Source of the DNA: the human T2T-CHM13v2.0 reference genome, Homo sapiens
Length of the DNA: 64,000 nt
Assembly (NCBI RefSeq): GCF_009914755.1
Contig: NC_060941.1
Reading direction: 5' to 3' (one strand)
Below the pieces are notes generated by a model. The model had not been told where the DNA came from and did not search any database. It worked only from the letters and a program-made list of their open reading frames with translations. The position numbers were made by a program, and so were the translations under genes. Positions 59,140 through 64,000 of the stretch are shown here, one piece after another; position 1 is the first letter of the stretch, and every line of letters starts with the position of its first letter.

Positions 59140-60720
59140 GATGCCGGGTTTTGTGTTTTTCAGGAGATGGGAGATGGGAGGCCGAGGGGATGTCAGAGAC
59201 GCGGAGTGGGGGTGGGGCTGGGGGCTGGAGGCGGCCCGGGGCGCGATCTCCCCCGGTGTCGGGCGGGGCGGGGCGGGGACGGGACTGCAGTCCTGGCTCT
59301 ACCCACGCGCCCACCAGGGTCTGCAGGGGCGTCCCCAGGGCTCCCCCTGCCCTCAGGCTGCCGGGAGGGTCAAAGGTGCGCGCTGCACAGATGTAGGGTG
59401 ACAGTGACCATTCCCCGGAATCTCCGTGGCTCTGATCTCCCCGGGGACGGGTCTCCACCTGCAGCAAGACGCCTCCCCGCAGGACGACCCCCAAGGTGTT
59501 ACGGACCCAGGCGACCCTGGGGTCGCTCTGCCCTCTGAGCAGCCGGGCAGGAGGCACAAGCCCCAGCGCCCCCGGCAGAGGCCTCCGTGCGGCGCAGGAA
59601 AGGAAAGGCGGCTCCACGGCGGGCCCAGAGCCGTCGTCCCGAGCAGTGAGGCGCCTGGGACGGATGGAAGCGCTTCCCCGACGCCTCCGCCCGACTCCGG
59701 GAAGCGGCTTTGGGAGGGCTGGAAGCCGACCCCGCGGGACTCAGGCTGGAAGGGATGGGCGGGGCGAGTGGAGGCGTCGTCGGTCTCGGCTGTGAGAAGG
59801 GCCCCCCAAATCCTGCACGCACGACCCCCCTTCCGACCACCCAGCCGCGGGCGAAAGCCCAAGTGTGCAGGGCCCGGGGCCCCCACGGTGGCCCCCAGTC
59901 TCGTGGGGCGTCGGGTCCCCGCCGCAGGCGAGGCCAGGTGCAGAGGGGCGGCAGCCTGGACCCCCGGGCCCCTCCCCGCACGTGCGCGCCGGGGCGGGCG
60001 CTGGGAAACGCCGTGCTGTGGACTCGCTCCCCGGAACTCACCCGGCGCCGCCCTCCCCCACCCCCCGCCGCGTCCCCGCCCCCCCCCCCACCCGCACCCC
60101 GAGCTGGGGGCACCACAGGGTCCCCGAGGGTCCCCGAGGTCGGGGCGGAGCGCAGGCCGTTCGGAGCGGGGGGCTCCGGGCCCGGGCGCTGCTCGGGGGA
60201 GTCGGGTGCAGCCCAGGCTCCGGCCGCCGGCGGGAGGAAACCCAGCTCCAGGCCCTGCCCGCGCCCCGCCGGCCCCGGAACCGCCCCCGCCCGGGGCGCC
60301 AAGAGCTCCCAGGTCCCCGCCGCCTCCCTGTGCGCCCCGCCGGCCCCGCCGCTGAGCCGCGCGCACCCCCCGCCCTCGGACTGGGCCCCGGACCCGGGGC
60401 GGCCCCGCTTCCCCCCCGGACTCACCCGGGGTTCGGCCCCGCAGCCCGCGCGCTCCCTCGCTGCCCTCTGGCGGCAAAACCGTGAAACCGGCGCCCGCCC
60501 CGCCCCGCCCCGCTGGGACCTGTGGCCGCAGAGCCCGGGCCGGAGGGCACCTGCTGGGCGGCCTCTGGATGGTGACCTCGCCGCGGGGCGGGTCCCCACG
60601 GTCTCGCTGGACGGCAGGGGCGCGGCTCACTGCAGCCTCCGCCTCCTGGGCTCCAGCGACCCTTTCACCCCAGCCTCCCCGGCAGTCGGGACCGCAGGCA
60701 CCGCTCCCACGCCCGGCCAA
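59140..60720. promoter_or_regulatory. CpG island / candidate promoter
   Basis: Very GC- and CpG-rich unique sequence; GC boxes at ~59260-59280 and 60494-60512; minus-strand donors CGG|GTGAGT after 60426 and 60042. Confidence 0.88.
60460..60475 (-). promoter_or_regulatory. CTCF core motif
   Basis: Minus strand GCCGCCAGAGGGCAGC fits CC(A/G)C(C/T)AG(A/G)GGGC. Confidence 0.65.
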
Positions 60721-60782
60721 TTTTTGTATGTTTTGTAGAGACGAGGTCCCACTGTGTTACCCAGGCTGGTCTCGAACTCCAA
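60595..60782 (-). mobile_element. Old Alu fragment at the CpG island edge, unusually GC/CpG-rich
   Basis: GGCTCACTGCAGCCTCCGCCTCCTGGGCTC..AATTTTTGTAT..GTAGAGAC..CCAGGCTGGTCTCGAACTCC. Confidence 0.8.
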
Positions 60783-61571
60783 GCCTCAGTTTCTTTATGT
60801 GCAAAACAGAGACAACAATAGTCCTGTTGTGATGACTGAATGAGGTCGTGACCCCAGGTCTCGCTCACTGTAGGCCCTCAACTGGAGAGCATTCTTAATG
60901 TTAATATTCCCTCCTCACCTCCTAACCCTAAAGCCTCAAGGGTGCAGGAATTCCGCTGGCCTTAGCCCACCCCCCAGCCCCCAGGAGCTGCTCGCACCGC
61001 CGCTTGCACAGACGGGGGTAGACCACTCCGTGTCTCTGGGGTGACTCGACCTTCCTTGGGATGGCCAACCGCCTGAGAAAGACGCATAGGTGACCCGAGG
61101 CTGCCTCCCTGAAGCCTTCCTCTTGGCTATAGCTGTACGCCTGTGGAGCCCACACGAACCCAATCGCCCAACCTTCTATTCACCATTACAGCTTTCAGTA
61201 AACACTCGTTGCACCTCTGCTCTGTGCCAGCTCTTCCTAGACGGGATTCTCACATGTTTCACTTAACCCCTGTTTTCCCAGGTCTTACCACATAAGGTCC
61301 GAATGACAGTAACAAAACCACCTTTATCTGTCTGTGCCCTGAGGATAGCTAACAGGTGAACACAGGTGCAGCCTCCTGGCTAACTCCAGAAACCACTCCC
61401 TTCTCTCCTGCCCCAGCGTTTGTCCCCTTGGCCCACAAGGCAGCACACTCAGGACCGTTCCACTCCCCTTCCCCCGACCCAGTGTGAGGCGGCCTCATCC
61501 TCTCATGGTGGGTGGGGTGGGGGGGCTCCTGCATGCTCACTGCAGAGTGGGGGCTGATGCCACACAGGTGT

Positions 61572-61895
61572 TCACACGTGTGCACCCCACCCTAACCAGC
61601 CACCGGGCTGCACAGCCCCTCACTCCACACGTGTGCACCCCACCCTAGACCAGGCACCGGGCTGCACAGCCCCTCACTCCACACGTGTGCACCCCACCCT
61701 AGACCAGGCACCGGGCTGCACAGCCCCGCACTCCACACGTGTGCACCCCACCCTAACCAGCCACCGGGCTGCACAGCCCCTCACTCCACACGTGTGCACC
61801 CCACCCTAACCAGCCACCGGGCTGCACAGCCCCGCACTCCACACGTGTGCACCCCACCCTAACCAGCCACCCAGCTGCACAGCCCCTCACTCCAA
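61572..61895. repeat. 53/54-bp minisatellite, 6 copies
   Basis: CACACGTGTG at 61573, 61626, 61680, 61734, 61787, 61840. Confidence 0.95.
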
Positions 61896-62346
61896 TGTCA
61901 TGGGGAGGGGCTGGTGATACAGCCCTTTTACTAACTCCTCTTCCCATAATCTAGGCAAGAGCCTCATTCCCCATCTACTCAATGACATTCAAAGTGGTCT
62001 CCTGTCTTTGCTTTTTGCTCCTTGGTCCAAGCAAGCTCATTTCTTCTCTCTCTTCAAATAAATTACTGGGATTACTAATAGAGAGACAGACAGACAGACA
62101 GACAGAGACAGAGAGAGAGAGAGATCTTGCTAGCCATAAATCCAACGATTCTCTAAATAAGGCGAACTCTTCATTTACTCATCAACAGATAATTGTTATG
62201 CACAGTTGCAGGAGCTGGGGATACAGAGGTGAAGAGAATCCCCTGCCTCCAAGGAGCTTGCTGTCTAGAGAGGGGAGCAGACTTCAAGTGAATAAATGAA
62301 CACTACTGGGCACTTCCTATTGTCTAGGAATTTCTACTAGGAGCGC

Positions 62347-63052
<706 letters not shown>

Positions 63053-63424
63053 CACTGAGGTGGATAAGTGATAAGGACCTTCACCGCTCAACAGGAGCTG
63101 CCAGATACCCTTCAAGACTTTCCAAGAGGGAACCAAGCTGGTCCTTTGCCCCTCACTCCCTCCCCACTGATACCAGAGGACCGTATTCCTTGGGAGGGGA
63201 GCTACCCAGGCAACAGGTCAACAGGTTATGAGAAGACAAGTTTGTCTTTAACCCCACCTGTGTTTTCCCCTTCACCCACACCCCCCCAACCCCAACCAGA
63301 AGATCCTTCCAAGAAATCAAGGCTGCCTGCAGGATGGCCCTCTCCCTCCCCAGAAGCCTGGCTGGCACTCCACAGCTCCAGGAGCAGAGTGTGGGGTCCT
63401 GGAGTTCGGGCGCAGTAACCCTGA

Positions 63425-63625
63425 GCAGGGTTACTCAGCCACAGCACGATTGACTTTTTCAGCCAGGTATTCCTCTGGGGGGTGAGGGGGCTGTCCTGTG
63501 TATGGTACAATGTGTAGCAGCATCCCTGGCCTCTACCCCCTAAATCATAGTGGCACACATCCAACCCCCAGCTGTGACAATAAAAAATGTCTTCGGGTGT
63601 TGCCAAATGTCCCCCGGGGTCACCC
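63425..63625 (-). mobile_element. MER20 DNA transposon
   Basis: AGCAGCATCCCTGGCCTCTACCC..GTGACAATAAAAAATGTCT..TTGCCAAATGTCCCC. Confidence 0.8.
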
Positions 63626-63754
63626 TCCCACCCCCACCCCACCCCTTAACCCAAACCATGTGTCCAGAGCCTGTTACCTATTTCTAGCCTGGAGAATTAG
63701 GGGTGAGGAAACTGCTCTGTGCTTGCAGTAGTGGGGCAAAACTGCGTAGAGATG

Positions 63755-63882
63755 GAGCAGGCCTCCTTCCCACTGTTGACCAGACGGAGCGGGCCCGCCT
63801 TCCCACCCTCTGACCAGGCGGAGCGGCCCCGCTTCCCACTCTTGACCAGGCGGAGCAGGCCTCCTTCCCACTGTCTGACCAG
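63755..63882. repeat. ~35-bp degenerate tandem repeat, 3-4 copies
   Basis: GGAGC(A/G)GGCC..CTTCCCAC...TGACCAG repeated. Confidence 0.75.
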
Positions 63883-64000
63883 GAGAGTTTCCCAAAAGCC
63901 AAGTAGAAACTGGAAGAAAGCGGGGGTCAAGCAGCCTTGAAGAAGCCCCGGGGGCAAGGGAACCCGTCACCAGAGGCTGAGATGCGCCTCTGGAGAGGAT

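Noticed and set aside
59353-60738. 300-455-aa ORFs across the CpG island
   Set aside because: Stop depletion in very GC-rich DNA gives overlapping Gly/Pro/Arg/Ala ORFs on both strands; no recognisable protein.

Overview
Human (or great-ape) genomic DNA, essentially non-coding. About 30 Alus, old L1M/L2/MIR fragments, DNA-transposon relics (Charlie1, MER20) and LTRs (THE1, MST, MLT1, LTR8, an intact solo LTR12C) are mixed with more than a dozen GC-rich minisatellites, a density typical of subtelomeric bands. A CpG island at ~59.1-60.7 kb has a strong CTCF motif, GC boxes and two minus-strand splice donors. A short minus-strand exon at ~3.33-3.43 kb tentatively resembles the non-coding first exon of RPH3AL (17p13.3); this is from memory and unverified. 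No conserved protein-coding exon is recognisable: the long ORFs come from stop-free tandem repeats, Alus or the GC-rich island. Best leads: (i) at least five VNTRs born inside transposons, one from the L1 endonuclease active-site segment; (ii) an ~80-copy ETS/STAT-motif VNTR; (iii) a ~61-copy CpG-rich hairpin array followed by an 81-codon signal-peptide-like smORF and clustered AATAAA; (iv) an L1-retrocopied, polyadenylated LTR8/ERV 3' end with TSDs. I cannot support a claim of a wholly new biological system. Repeat family calls and most boundaries are by eye and approximate.
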